A stretch of 64,000 nt of DNA from a virus (IMGVR_UViG_3300009159_008491:29820-93819), one strand, 5' to 3'. Numbered from the stretch's first letter, positions 49,468 through 59,753 are shown. The notes: generated by a model from the letters alone, not told the origin. Numbers and translations are program-made.

Positions 49468-52020
49468 TTAATCTATAGGTGGTACTGCTGGTTGTGGTCC
49501 ATAGGTTCCACCACCGCTAGTATTTCCTGTATAAGGTTGAGGTGTAGGCGGAGGAGTTCCAATTGGTGTTCCAGAAAGCGGAAATAGTATAGTTGTTCCT
49601 ATAAATCCAACTTTTTGTTGTGTTTGTGTTAAAGCACTTAAAATATTCGCACTAACATTTACTGTATTTATAACAGGTTGAAAGAGCTTTACTACTTGTG
49701 CTTGAGTTTTTACAGTGCTAAAATTTAAATTTGTGATATCATTTACATTTGAATTTACTACTATGCCATTTATATTGCTTTTGAATATGTTATTTACTTT
49801 GGAAGTAACTACAACACCATCAATTTGATTATAAAATTGATCTGGTAATTTTGTTTGAAATTCAGAACCATCATTTATTCCTTTTGGGTAAATAAATTTT
49901 TGTCTATTGAAAACTGTATTTCTATAAATTACTGAAATTCCTTCAAATATTGTTGTAGCTGGAATAATTTGCTCAATATAAGTAAAAACTTTAGATTCAA
50001 TTAGTTTTAAAAAGTTTTCTAATTTTCTAAAAGTTATCATGTTTGAAATTTCACCATTTACATTCCAATAATAATAAGTCAAATAAATTTTTCTTAAATT
50101 AGGGTAAAAGTAATTGTGGTGAGGTTCAAAAGATGTTTTTCTTGTTTTAACATCAATATTATTATTATAAACAAAATTTAACCATTCAGACATTGTCCAA
50201 CCACTTATTTCTGGGGGTGCAACTAAATTTACATCTGATAATTTATAATCTGATGGTAAATTAACTGTTGTATTTCCTGTATAAAAAAATCCTATTTTAT
50301 ACCAATCAAAAACATCACATTCTATTGCTGATGCTGGATCTAAACCAACAGTTATTTCTTTTGAATTAATTATATTTTCAGTTCCACTATAAGTAGGATC
50401 TCCAGTATAAATTTTTACATTATCAACAGTTCTAATTGGATCAAATTCTGGTCTCCATTGATTTATGTAATAATCACCGTTACCTCTTCCCGGACCGCCT
50501 TCTTGAAAAGCAAATTTACTCTCATTATAATTAATATATCCATTTTCATTAACAACAGTTGTTGGTTCAGGTGTGAAAAAGGCAGTTGAAGTACCTACAG
50601 TTTGATCACCTAATCTTGAAAGAACTGTACTTGCATTTTTTTCAATTTTATAAACAAATTCATTGAAATTTACTAAACAATCTGGTGCCCCAATTAATTT
50701 AAAAATAAAAGTTATTGCTTCTCTAGTTCCTTTTCTTTTGTATAACCAATTAATGTTGGTTAACATTCTTCTCCATAATTCTAAATTATAATCCTCTAAA
50801 GTCTTGTTGTTTCCATCTTCTTGGCCCAAATATTCAAAAAAATCAGTGTCTGTAAAATTAATAGGTTGTTTCCAGCCTAATAATTCTGTTAATCTTCCTA
50901 AAAATTTATTTGAAATAGTTTCTGATTCCGTATAATCATATGAATGAGAATATGCTAAATTATCAATATATTCTTTTATTTTATCAAATTCTTCAGCGTA
51001 TGTTTGTATTAATTTATTATAAATTTGACCATCGGTATCAAGTTCTAAATAGTTTTCTGGGACTATTGCTCTAACCATCCAATTAGTTTTTATTTGATCA
51101 GTTAGTGTTGCATATTTTAATAATTCATCAGTGAAATTATCAAAATTAGTTCCATAAGAATCTGGGGCAAAACCATCTATTGATCTTGGCCAAGGTATCG
51201 ATTTTTCAAAAAATTGATCATTATCTGGATTTGGAACAAGCCATTTACCACCTTCTGTTAATTGATACTCTAAATTATTTAAACTTCTTTTATATTCAAA
51301 ATAACGTTTTTTTGAAGGTCTTATATATATAGCATCAGTAGTATTGGCTGTAAAAATACCAGATATTCTAAAGTTTAAATGATAATAATCTGAATAAGCA
51401 CTATAATTATAAGATAAAATTGGATAAGCTGGAGTTGTATTTAAAGTTGTAGAACTTAATTGAATTTCAAATTGATTAAAATTATCAAAAACAGTTAAAG
51501 TATTAGAGCTCAATGCATTATAACTATTTCCTGAAGTAAAAATTATATTTCCTTGATTAGTAAATGCAGAGCTTATTAATGTAATTTCAGTATAACTTAG
51601 TTGAGTGCTTGAAAGTGTAATAAAATTTGTTTCTCCAACATTTGAATCATAAGCTAATATAGCATACGGATATCCTTCAATTGTTTTATTAATAGAATTT
51701 GCTAATCTTGTATAGAAAGAGCCAAAAAATGAATAAGAATTTGGATCAGTTAAATCAGGGTTCAAATCATTTTCAGTGAGGCCTAATGCTTTATTTACAT
51801 TAAAATCAGAGGAAGTAAGAGATGTAAGGTTTTGTAGTCTATCAAAACTTAAATTTTTAATACCTGTTGAAAGTGTATTTGTTAAGCTTCTTTCAATTCT
51901 AAAGTCACCAAAAGTAAAAATTGATTCGGTATTAGTGTTTTGATATAGTTTATCCTGCCCCGGAATACTTAGGGTTGATAATGTATTATTGGTAAAAAGA
52001 GGATCCGGATCAAAAAACAT
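49468..52020 (-). CDS. Putative baseplate/tail structural protein
   Basis: LGRLTELLGW and ELWRRMLTNINWLYKRKGTREAI, a pattern typical of baseplate wedge (P2 gpI-like) proteins. Confidence 0.6.
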   Translation of the reverse strand: MFFDPDPLFTNNTLSTLSIPGQDKLYQNTNTESIFTFGDFRIERSLTNTLSTGIKNLSFDRLQNLTSLTSSDFNVNKALGLTENDLNPDLTDPNSYSFFGSFYTRLANSINKTIEGYPYAILAYDSNVGETNFITLSSTQLSYTEITLISSAFTNQGNIIFTSGNSYNALSSNTLTVFDNFNQFEIQLSSTTLNTTPAYPILSYNYSAYSDYYHLNFRISGIFTANTTDAIYIRPSKKRYFEYKRSLNNLEYQLTEGGKWLVPNPDNDQFFEKSIPWPRSIDGFAPDSYGTNFDNFTDELLKYATLTDQIKTNWMVRAIVPENYLELDTDGQIYNKLIQTYAEEFDKIKEYIDNLAYSHSYDYTESETISNKFLGRLTELLGWKQPINFTDTDFFEYLGQEDGNNKTLEDYNLELWRRMLTNINWLYKRKGTREAITFIFKLIGAPDCLVNFNEFVYKIEKNASTVLSRLGDQTVGTSTAFFTPEPTTVVNENGYINYNESKFAFQEGGPGRGNGDYYINQWRPEFDPIRTVDNVKIYTGDPTYSGTENIINSKEITVGLDPASAIECDVFDWYKIGFFYTGNTTVNLPSDYKLSDVNLVAPPEISGWTMSEWLNFVYNNNIDVKTRKTSFEPHHNYFYPNLRKIYLTYYYWNVNGEISNMITFRKLENFLKLIESKVFTYIEQIIPATTIFEGISVIYRNTVFNRQKFIYPKGINDGSEFQTKLPDQFYNQIDGVVVTSKVNNIFKSNINGIVVNSNVNDITNLNFSTVKTQAQVVKLFQPVINTVNVSANILSALTQTQQKVGFIGTTILFPLSGTPIGTPPPTPQPYTGNTSGGGTYGPQPAVPPID

Positions 52021-52160
52021 GTTTAGCTAAAATAATTTGTTTTAATTTAAAATAAATAGAGATTCAAATTTTTTACTATCTTTTGTTTTAAGATTTTTTA
52101 TTTTTTTTTTTCTAATTCTATTTACTTTAAGTATATAAAAAATATCTTTAAAAATAAAAA

Positions 52161-54197
52161 ATGCCATTTTTACCACCAGAATCAAATACATATATAAATG
52201 TTAAATTGACAGATGCAGGTCGAAGAATGCTTTCTTTGGGTCAATTGCAGTTTTCTAAAGCTGTTGTTTCTGATAGAGAAATAGATTATGATATTGACAG
52301 AAAAGATTTAAATGGATTAAGTCTTTATAATATTAGTAACAATAGAGTTTTATCACCAGTTGGGGATTATCCAAATGTTGATCCTATAAATTTTGATGGA
52401 ACACAACCAGTTCAATTAACTAATCAAATCATTCAATCAGTAAAACAGTTTGCTACAGCTCAAACGGCAACTTTTGGATTACTTTCTGGATATTCTAATG
52501 CTTGGCAAATTCTATATCAACCATCAAATTATGGTTTAGGTTATGCTAATGTTGTTTATGGATCACAAACATTTGGAAGTAACGAAATAACGTTTAGCAG
52601 CGTAAGTGCTGGTTATACTCCAGCAGTAAACGATTTAGTTTATATTACTTGGGTTCCGGGGCAGTATGCTACTAATTTTCCGGTAACTACTAGTACTGGT
52701 CTTTTAGTGTCAGGAGCTCCATTTAATGGTATGTGGTATAAACTTACTTCTGGCATAACATCAACTAAATTTATATTAGACAGATCAATTCCAAATATAA
52801 CTGGAACAGGTACTGTTGGTGCTTATTTTTATCCAAATGATGCTATAGAAACATATTTTGGTTCAGGATCTACGCAACAAACTAAGTTTTGGAATATGAA
52901 TATTGTAAGACCTTATGATGTTGCCGGAACTGATTTAACTGTTCAAGGTGTTTCTGGATATTCAAGTTATGGTTCAATTGAATATGCTGGAACAAAGCAT
53001 TATTTAGGTTTTGATGAAAGTTATCCTGCTGTAGGAATAATTCATTATACGAATAAATTCAGTGGGGAAACTTATGGAGAACAATTTATAGAAAAATCTG
53101 TTATTTTAAATATGCCAACAATTTTATGGCATAACTATCCAGCCAATAATGGCGAAGCAACACAATATGGTTTAACTTTATATGATCAATACGGTACTAC
53201 ACAATATGATTCAGTTTCTAAAACCACTTATAGAGATTTAAGAGACGGAATTCAATCTACAAATAAAGTTATTGGAAGAGTTTATCATAAACTTCAATTA
53301 TTTGTTATTACCGATCAAGATTTATTAATGACTATGACCTATAAAGGCAATAGATCATATACCTTACCAGAACCAATAGTTAATTTAGTATCAAACCCTA
53401 AAGCACCATTAACAACTAATCAAGTAACTGGTTTATGTGAATCTGGAAAAACTTATTTTGTTACTTATTTGGTTGAACCTAATATTGGTGGAACTTATAG
53501 TTTTGGATATACCAATCCTATTTTTTGTGGATATATTAAACAAATTGATGGACAAGTTGATATTAATGGAAATCCTCAATTTTTATCAATTCAATTCCCA
53601 ACTAACAGTTTTCCTTATATGAGGAACGATGCAGCAATAGCTAATACAGGAACTGGTTGGAATGCACAAAGGGTTAAAATATTAGTTAATGAACAAGAGA
53701 AATCATATGATTACATGGCAGGTAATGTTCCTGCTACTGATTGGGTTGTAATGTCTGGTCAGGGTATATTTGATTGTACAACTGCAACTCCAGCGACAAA
53801 TACTATAGATCCTGTAGCTTTGAATTCATATCAATTTATAATGTCTAGAGAAGATTATACATCAGGATCAACAGATGGAAATTATGTAATGTGGTCTGGA
53901 CATACATCTAATGGAAATTATTTAAATTTTGGTGATGAGGCTTTTTTCTTTGGAACAGTAGATGCTCAAGTTTTTACAACTACTTATAAAACAATAATAA
54001 CAGTAGTTGCCACAAATTATGAATATAACTCATCAACGAATGATACATTTAATTCATTAAATGATGATTATACTTATATAACAGAAGTAGCAATTCTAGA
54101 TGAACAAAATAATACTGTGGCTGTTGGAAAACCAACTTATCCACTCAAAAAAGCTAATTCTAGATATTTAGCTTTTCAACTTATAATAGATTTTTAA
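52161..54197 (+). CDS. Putative tail/baseplate structural protein
   Basis: N-terminal INVKLTDAGR and C-terminal YITEVAILDEQNNTVAVGK (tail-collar-like). Confidence 0.6.
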   Translation: MPFLPPESNTYINVKLTDAGRRMLSLGQLQFSKAVVSDREIDYDIDRKDLNGLSLYNISNNRVLSPVGDYPNVDPINFDGTQPVQLTNQIIQSVKQFATAQTATFGLLSGYSNAWQILYQPSNYGLGYANVVYGSQTFGSNEITFSSVSAGYTPAVNDLVYITWVPGQYATNFPVTTSTGLLVSGAPFNGMWYKLTSGITSTKFILDRSIPNITGTGTVGAYFYPNDAIETYFGSGSTQQTKFWNMNIVRPYDVAGTDLTVQGVSGYSSYGSIEYAGTKHYLGFDESYPAVGIIHYTNKFSGETYGEQFIEKSVILNMPTILWHNYPANNGEATQYGLTLYDQYGTTQYDSVSKTTYRDLRDGIQSTNKVIGRVYHKLQLFVITDQDLLMTMTYKGNRSYTLPEPIVNLVSNPKAPLTTNQVTGLCESGKTYFVTYLVEPNIGGTYSFGYTNPIFCGYIKQIDGQVDINGNPQFLSIQFPTNSFPYMRNDAAIANTGTGWNAQRVKILVNEQEKSYDYMAGNVPATDWVVMSGQGIFDCTTATPATNTIDPVALNSYQFIMSREDYTSGSTDGNYVMWSGHTSNGNYLNFGDEAFFFGTVDAQVFTTTYKTIITVVATNYEYNSSTNDTFNSLNDDYTYITEVAILDEQNNTVAVGKPTYPLKKANSRYLAFQLIIDF

Positions 54198-54207
54198 AAA
54201 TAAAAAA

Positions 54208-54942
54208 ATGGGACTTATACAAAGTGCAACAACAGTTTATGCTAGGGCATATTTAACCGAACTAGGAAGACAGTATCTTTTTGATAGTTTGTCTAAACCT
54301 AGATATATTCAATTATCAAATGGTCAAACAGTTGATAGATTAAAAATTGCTAGATTTTCTTTAGGTGATCCGGATGTAAATTATAATATAACAGATCCTT
54401 TAACTTCTGGACAAATTCCAGATTTATCTGGTGAAAACGAAAACGCTGTTACAGGAGCTAAGGGAAGAACTTTAGATAATTTAATTAGCCCGGGAACTTC
54501 AAATATTCCAGCTGAAACTATAGATAGTGTTGAATATAAAACAACAACAACAAGTATTAATTTTAATACTTCAACAGCACCTTCGGCATTTCCGGTTGTT
54601 ATAACACAACAATTACAAACTTTTGTTGATGGTTCATTGGTCAATGATGGTGTTTATATTGTTTCCCCAACTAGTTATGGTCCAAATGTTTTAAATAATA
54701 ATGAATTAATTATTACATTAAAACGACCAACTACTACGAGTCCGGGATATAGATTAAGGATTTTTTATCCAACAACTGGTTCTAATTACAATAAAGTAAC
54801 TTTTCAATTTGAAAAGGCAAATCAAGTTCAAGGAGTACCTACAACATCTGTTGTTACTGGTATAAACCCATTAAATCCAAATGCAGGCGAAGGTAGAGGT
54901 ATTGTGAACTTAGATACTGCAACTAATAATAATGCAGGTTAA
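54208..54942 (+). CDS. Putative structural protein
   Basis: AYLTELGRQ, FSLGDPDVNY. Confidence 0.6.
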   Translation: MGLIQSATTVYARAYLTELGRQYLFDSLSKPRYIQLSNGQTVDRLKIARFSLGDPDVNYNITDPLTSGQIPDLSGENENAVTGAKGRTLDNLISPGTSNIPAETIDSVEYKTTTTSINFNTSTAPSAFPVVITQQLQTFVDGSLVNDGVYIVSPTSYGPNVLNNNELIITLKRPTTTSPGYRLRIFYPTTGSNYNKVTFQFEKANQVQGVPTTSVVTGINPLNPNAGEGRGIVNLDTATNNNAG

Positions 54943-54971
54943 TTAAAAATAATAAAATAAAAAAATATAAA

Positions 54972-55376
54972 ATGGGAAGAGCTATAGTAAATAAATCATT
55001 ATCATCAAGATTAACTCAGACAAACTTTTCTGAGTCAAATACCTCATTAACCTTAGGTCCGCCAACTAGTAATGCAACAAATCAAGGCGAGGCAGTATTG
55101 CCATCGGCTAATGAAGCTGTTTCTGTAAATCAGTGGGTTGCAATGACTCAAGCAGATCAAGGTTTATTGGATGCTATTTATGATTTTATTAACACAACCA
55201 AAGAAGGTGTTTCGGTGATACCAAATAATTTAACGGGAAGAACAAAAAAATTGTTCTTTAATTTTTACGGAACGATGGGAAAAAGTGTGAAGCCCGGTGA
55301 AATTGGACAATTTGAGGTTAATTTCAGTTATCCTCCTGTATCATTCACAGACACTTCAACTCCATCAATAGCATAA
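54972..55376 (+). CDS. Hypothetical protein, probably structural
   Basis: 134-aa ORF within the structural operon. Confidence 0.6.
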   Translation: MGRAIVNKSLSSRLTQTNFSESNTSLTLGPPTSNATNQGEAVLPSANEAVSVNQWVAMTQADQGLLDAIYDFINTTKEGVSVIPNNLTGRTKKLFFNFYGTMGKSVKPGEIGQFEVNFSYPPVSFTDTSTPSIA

Positions 55377-55408
55377 AATAAAATTTAAAAAATAAAAAAT
55401 AATAAAAA

Positions 55409-56593
55409 ATGAGTATAATAGATCCTAGGTTTACAAAAGCAGTAAGTTCATCACTTACAGTACAGGCAGAAACTTTAGATGATAAAATAATATTTGGCAG
55501 TGATTTGTTGTTTACTGTTTGTAACAGATCTTCTATTGTAGATAATAAAGGTAATTATTTTGTATCATTTAATTTACCAACAGATTCAACTGAATTATCA
55601 ACTGAATCAACTGTAGCAAAATATTTTCCAGAATTATATCAATTAAATAATGATAAAATTGTTTTTTGTTCTATTCCATCATCTCAATACTCAGAATATA
55701 TTGATGGTAGGTCTATTACATTATTTGTCCCTACTGGAGGATCAAACCCTGCTTCTGTAACAGGTTTAAAAATTTATTCTTCTACTTATACATCTGATAA
55801 ACCATTGAAATATGGTGAAACAAATCAACTATTAGGTGATAATGTATGTTTTTTATTTTCTGATTCAATTAATAAACCTTATACCGGATACACTGCTAAT
55901 GAGATTGGAGTGAAAACAAGTATGTCAGGAAACACTACTTGGGAACCAGATCCAACAGATTATACAAAAAGACCATCAGCTGTTTCATATAGAGAAGTTT
56001 TAGGTGGTGGTGTTTCTTCTTTGTTGAATCAATATAATACCCCTAATGGTTTAAATACTGATACAAGAACTGGTAGTTATTCGATAACGCCTCCAACTAA
56101 TTTTCCTGATGGAATTGCAGGATATAATTATGATGTTCCTGTTGGTTTTTGTTATTTGGATATGGGTATTTGTGTGATAACACATTCTGCAATTACAAAT
56201 AATATTCTTTGGTCCTTAGGTACTTTAGCTAATGGTGGTACTTTATTAAATGATTCTGGTAGAACAGATGTTTATTTTGCAGGAACTCAATCTAATGGAG
56301 ATCCAGCGGCATATTTAGAATATACTGATATAAACACTTCATTTAAAACAACAGCAGTTTGTTTAGCAATGCCAACAGAATTTTGGATTTCTAATAATTC
56401 AACTTGGGATAGAAATAGTGCATTAAATAACTTAAACTCTCAAACTGGTATTTTAACTATTGATCCAGTTTATGTAACCGAAGTAGGTCTATATAATCAA
56501 TTAAATGAATTGGTGGCTGTTGCTAAAATGTCTGAATACGTTGAAAAAAATTATATTAATTTAATAACTTTCAATATTGATATAGATATGTAA
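55409..56593 (+). CDS. Putative structural protein (paralogue of 56630..58084)
   Basis: C-terminal YVTEVGLYNQLNELVAVAK. Confidence 0.65.
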   Translation: MSIIDPRFTKAVSSSLTVQAETLDDKIIFGSDLLFTVCNRSSIVDNKGNYFVSFNLPTDSTELSTESTVAKYFPELYQLNNDKIVFCSIPSSQYSEYIDGRSITLFVPTGGSNPASVTGLKIYSSTYTSDKPLKYGETNQLLGDNVCFLFSDSINKPYTGYTANEIGVKTSMSGNTTWEPDPTDYTKRPSAVSYREVLGGGVSSLLNQYNTPNGLNTDTRTGSYSITPPTNFPDGIAGYNYDVPVGFCYLDMGICVITHSAITNNILWSLGTLANGGTLLNDSGRTDVYFAGTQSNGDPAAYLEYTDINTSFKTTAVCLAMPTEFWISNNSTWDRNSALNNLNSQTGILTIDPVYVTEVGLYNQLNELVAVAKMSEYVEKNYINLITFNIDIDM

Positions 56594-56629
56594 TTCTATT
56601 TGATATTGTAAATCATATAGAATCATACT

Positions 56630-58084
56630 ATGATAGACCCTAGATTCACATCGCCTGTAAGTGGCTTTTTGTATATAAATGAAGAAAATGAAATACCAGT
56701 ATCATTATCCGGTGCTAATATTTCTTTGACTTTATGTAATAGAACAGCAACTACAAGTAATTTAGGAAATTATTTTGTTTCATTAAATTTACCAGCTAAA
56801 GAATCTGATTTCCCAAAAAATTCTGGTTTGTCTTTTTTTTATCCAGAATTACAACAATTAAATGTTGATAAAATATTATTACTAAAAATACCCAATACAG
56901 CATATACTGAATATATTGATGCAAGGTCAATAAAATTAAATTTACCGGGATCTGGAAGTACTGCTAATTTTTATACTTTATTTTCTAGTACATATTCTGG
57001 TGTTTTTCCTGATAAGTATGGAGAAAGAAGTCCATTATTAGGAGATAATATAACTTATTTATTTTCTGATAGTGTCAATTTACCATATACTGGTTTAACT
57101 GTAAATGAATTGGGTATAATCACATCACATTCTGCTAATACTTCTTGGAACCCTATTTCAAGAAGATATGAACAAAGACCATCTGCTGTTTCTTATGGTG
57201 AAGCAAAGTTAAGTAATGATACTATTAATACTGATAGAAGAAGGAGAATGAACAAAGCTGTTTTTACTGATGGTCTCTATCCTGATTATCGTGGGATAGG
57301 ATTAAGTTTTTATAGTATTATTAGTTTTCCCCCATCTTCTTTAATAGGTTATGTTGTAAAACCTGATCAAAATTATTTTAAAGCAGGAGATTATATAACA
57401 GTTGATTTATTTTTAAATACAACACCACCTTGTGTTGCAGGTACTGGTTATCCAGTTATTGTTTCAATTAGCTCTGATACTAGTACCAATAAATATTATC
57501 AGTATTCTCCAGATCCAAATTATGGTGGACCTTGGGATATAATTTATGCTACCACATGTAATCCGGGTGTTATTACAAATAAAAATCAACCCGGATATAT
57601 ATTTGAAAGTGGTGGAACATATTATAATTATGATATACCAGTTGGTTTTGCTGTTTTAGATAAAGGATTAATAGCTATTACCCATCCCGACATAGTTGAT
57701 TCTATAGATTGGGATTCAGGTTATCTTCCAGATGGTTCTCCAAATACTTTGGCTGAGACAACCGATATTTATTTTACAGATACAAACACATCAATATATG
57801 GCGATACAGAAGCTGTTTGCCAATTAGATTTTTCAGCACTTGATACAGTATTTAAAATAAGAACAACTTGTAATACATTGATTGGGCAGTATTATGTATC
57901 AAATAATTCAACTTGGGATAATGCACTTGCATTAAATCCATTTTCTACTAATCAATCAGTATCAATTACGGAATTAGGATTATACAACGAATTAAACGAA
58001 TTAGTAGCAGTGGGTAAGTTTTCAGAACCAGTATATAAAACTGCTTTTGATATTTTTACTTTTGAAGTTGATATTAATCTTTAA
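56630..58084 (+). CDS. Putative structural protein (paralogue of 55409..56593)
   Basis: Shares IDPRFT, GNYFVS, EYID.RSI, RPSAVSY, YNYD.PVGF, SNNSTWD and TE.GLYN.LNELVAV with its neighbour. Confidence 0.65.
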   Translation: MIDPRFTSPVSGFLYINEENEIPVSLSGANISLTLCNRTATTSNLGNYFVSLNLPAKESDFPKNSGLSFFYPELQQLNVDKILLLKIPNTAYTEYIDARSIKLNLPGSGSTANFYTLFSSTYSGVFPDKYGERSPLLGDNITYLFSDSVNLPYTGLTVNELGIITSHSANTSWNPISRRYEQRPSAVSYGEAKLSNDTINTDRRRRMNKAVFTDGLYPDYRGIGLSFYSIISFPPSSLIGYVVKPDQNYFKAGDYITVDLFLNTTPPCVAGTGYPVIVSISSDTSTNKYYQYSPDPNYGGPWDIIYATTCNPGVITNKNQPGYIFESGGTYYNYDIPVGFAVLDKGLIAITHPDIVDSIDWDSGYLPDGSPNTLAETTDIYFTDTNTSIYGDTEAVCQLDFSALDTVFKIRTTCNTLIGQYYVSNNSTWDNALALNPFSTNQSVSITELGLYNELNELVAVGKFSEPVYKTAFDIFTFEVDINL

Positions 58085-58114
58085 TTTTTGTTTTAAGTTT
58101 TTAATTTAAAAATT

Positions 58115-58663
58115 ATGATTTTAGCATTAGATATTTCCACTTCTGTAATAGGTGTAGCTTTATTTGGTTTAGAGAATGATAATTATAAATTGCATGAATT
58201 ATCTTATAAAAAATTTAAACCTAAACATAATTTATTTGAAAAAATAGATGAATTTAAAGATTTTTTTAAGGAATATGAAGATATTATAATCACTGATATT
58301 AGCATAGAAGAACCTTTAAAAAAATTCAAAGGAAAATTTTCTAACGCAGACACTATTCAAAAATTAACTCAAATGAATGCTATGGTCAGTTTATTTCTTT
58401 ATGAAAAAACTGGCATACAACCAACTTATTATAATGTTTCTTCAGCCAGAGGTATTGTTTTTCCTGAATTAAAAATGCCAAAGTCCCATCCCAATAAAAA
58501 ATATCTTATTTGGGAAGCTGTTAATAAAGCTGAACCTAAAATTATATGGAAATATAGTAAAACTACTCACAAACTAATTGATGAGAATTTTGATATGGCC
58601 GATGCTTGGGTAGTTGGTATGGCCCATGTTTGTTCTAAAATAAATTCCAAAACTTTAGCATAA
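58115..58663 (+). CDS. RuvC-like Holliday junction resolvase
   Basis: ILALDISTSVIG, ISIEEP, FDMADA. Confidence 0.8.
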   Translation: MILALDISTSVIGVALFGLENDNYKLHELSYKKFKPKHNLFEKIDEFKDFFKEYEDIIITDISIEEPLKKFKGKFSNADTIQKLTQMNAMVSLFLYEKTGIQPTYYNVSSARGIVFPELKMPKSHPNKKYLIWEAVNKAEPKIIWKYSKTTHKLIDENFDMADAWVVGMAHVCSKINSKTLA

Positions 58664-58691
58664 GTTCTAATTTTTTATTATTTTTGCTATA

Positions 58692-59753
58692 ATGATGAGT
58701 GGCGAAAATAATATTGTAATAAGTTCTATCCTAAAAAGGATGCTAGGGGATCCTAAGGATGAGTATGAAAATATTGTCCAGTTTGAATTTAATTGCCCAA
58801 GCTCATATTGTCGTAATGATGTTGATAAGTTTAATTTAGGATATAATTCTGACCTTAACATTTTTCATTGTTGGAAATGTAAATATAAAGGTTTTGTTAA
58901 AAAATTAGCGGATGATTATGGTAATGAAGATGAAAAGGAAAAAATAAGATTAATATTTCCAAAAGCTTCAAAAAATTATACTCAAAACATACAGCAAAAT
59001 AACAATATAAAGAAAGTTAGTTCAGAAGATGTAATTTGTGAGCTTCCTGAAGGATTTAAACCTCTTGTTGAAAAATCAAGTTCTCCGAATTATAGGAAAG
59101 CGATTAAATATTTGCAGAGTAGGAAAGTAGATTTTGATACTATAAAAAAATATAATATTGGTTATACTGAAGATGGTCCAAGGAAATTTAGAATTATAAT
59201 TCCTTCTTATAATTTGGATGGTAAAATTAATTATTATGAAGCTAGAAGTTATGTACCTTCAATAAAGCCAACTTATTTAAAACCAGATTATCCTGATAAA
59301 CAGGATATAATTTTTAATTTAAAAAACATAAATTTCAATTTGCCAGTTTATTTAGTTGAGGGTGTTTTTGATATGTTTCCTATAATAAATGCTATACCAT
59401 TATTAGGAAAAACAATTTCAGAAATTTTACTTAATAAATTAATAGAGAATCAATCTAAAGTCATAATTTGTTTAGATGAGGATGCAAAAAAAGATGCTTA
59501 TGATTTATATTTTAAATTAGAAAGTATGGGTTTAGATGTTTATTATGTTGAAATTCAGAACGATATAGCTAAATACTATGAGACAAATGGCAGAGAAGCA
59601 TTAATAAATCTTATAAAAAAACATAAAAAATTAGATTTTAACCATATTTTTGTGGATAAGTTAAGAAATAGAAAGAAGGGATACGCAAAAAACCTTAATT
59701 CTGATTTTGTAAAGAGAGAGTTTGAAAGATTAAAAAATAAAATTAATGAATAA
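58692..59753 (+). CDS. DNA primase (zinc-binding + TOPRIM domains)
   Basis: FNCPSSYC...FHCWKC, YLQSR, RIIIPSY, LVEGVFD, ICLDEDA. Confidence 0.88.
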   Translation: MMSGENNIVISSILKRMLGDPKDEYENIVQFEFNCPSSYCRNDVDKFNLGYNSDLNIFHCWKCKYKGFVKKLADDYGNEDEKEKIRLIFPKASKNYTQNIQQNNNIKKVSSEDVICELPEGFKPLVEKSSSPNYRKAIKYLQSRKVDFDTIKKYNIGYTEDGPRKFRIIIPSYNLDGKINYYEARSYVPSIKPTYLKPDYPDKQDIIFNLKNINFNLPVYLVEGVFDMFPIINAIPLLGKTISEILLNKLIENQSKVIICLDEDAKKDAYDLYFKLESMGLDVYYVEIQNDIAKYYETNGREALINLIKKHKKLDFNHIFVDKLRNRKKGYAKNLNSDFVKREFERLKNKINE

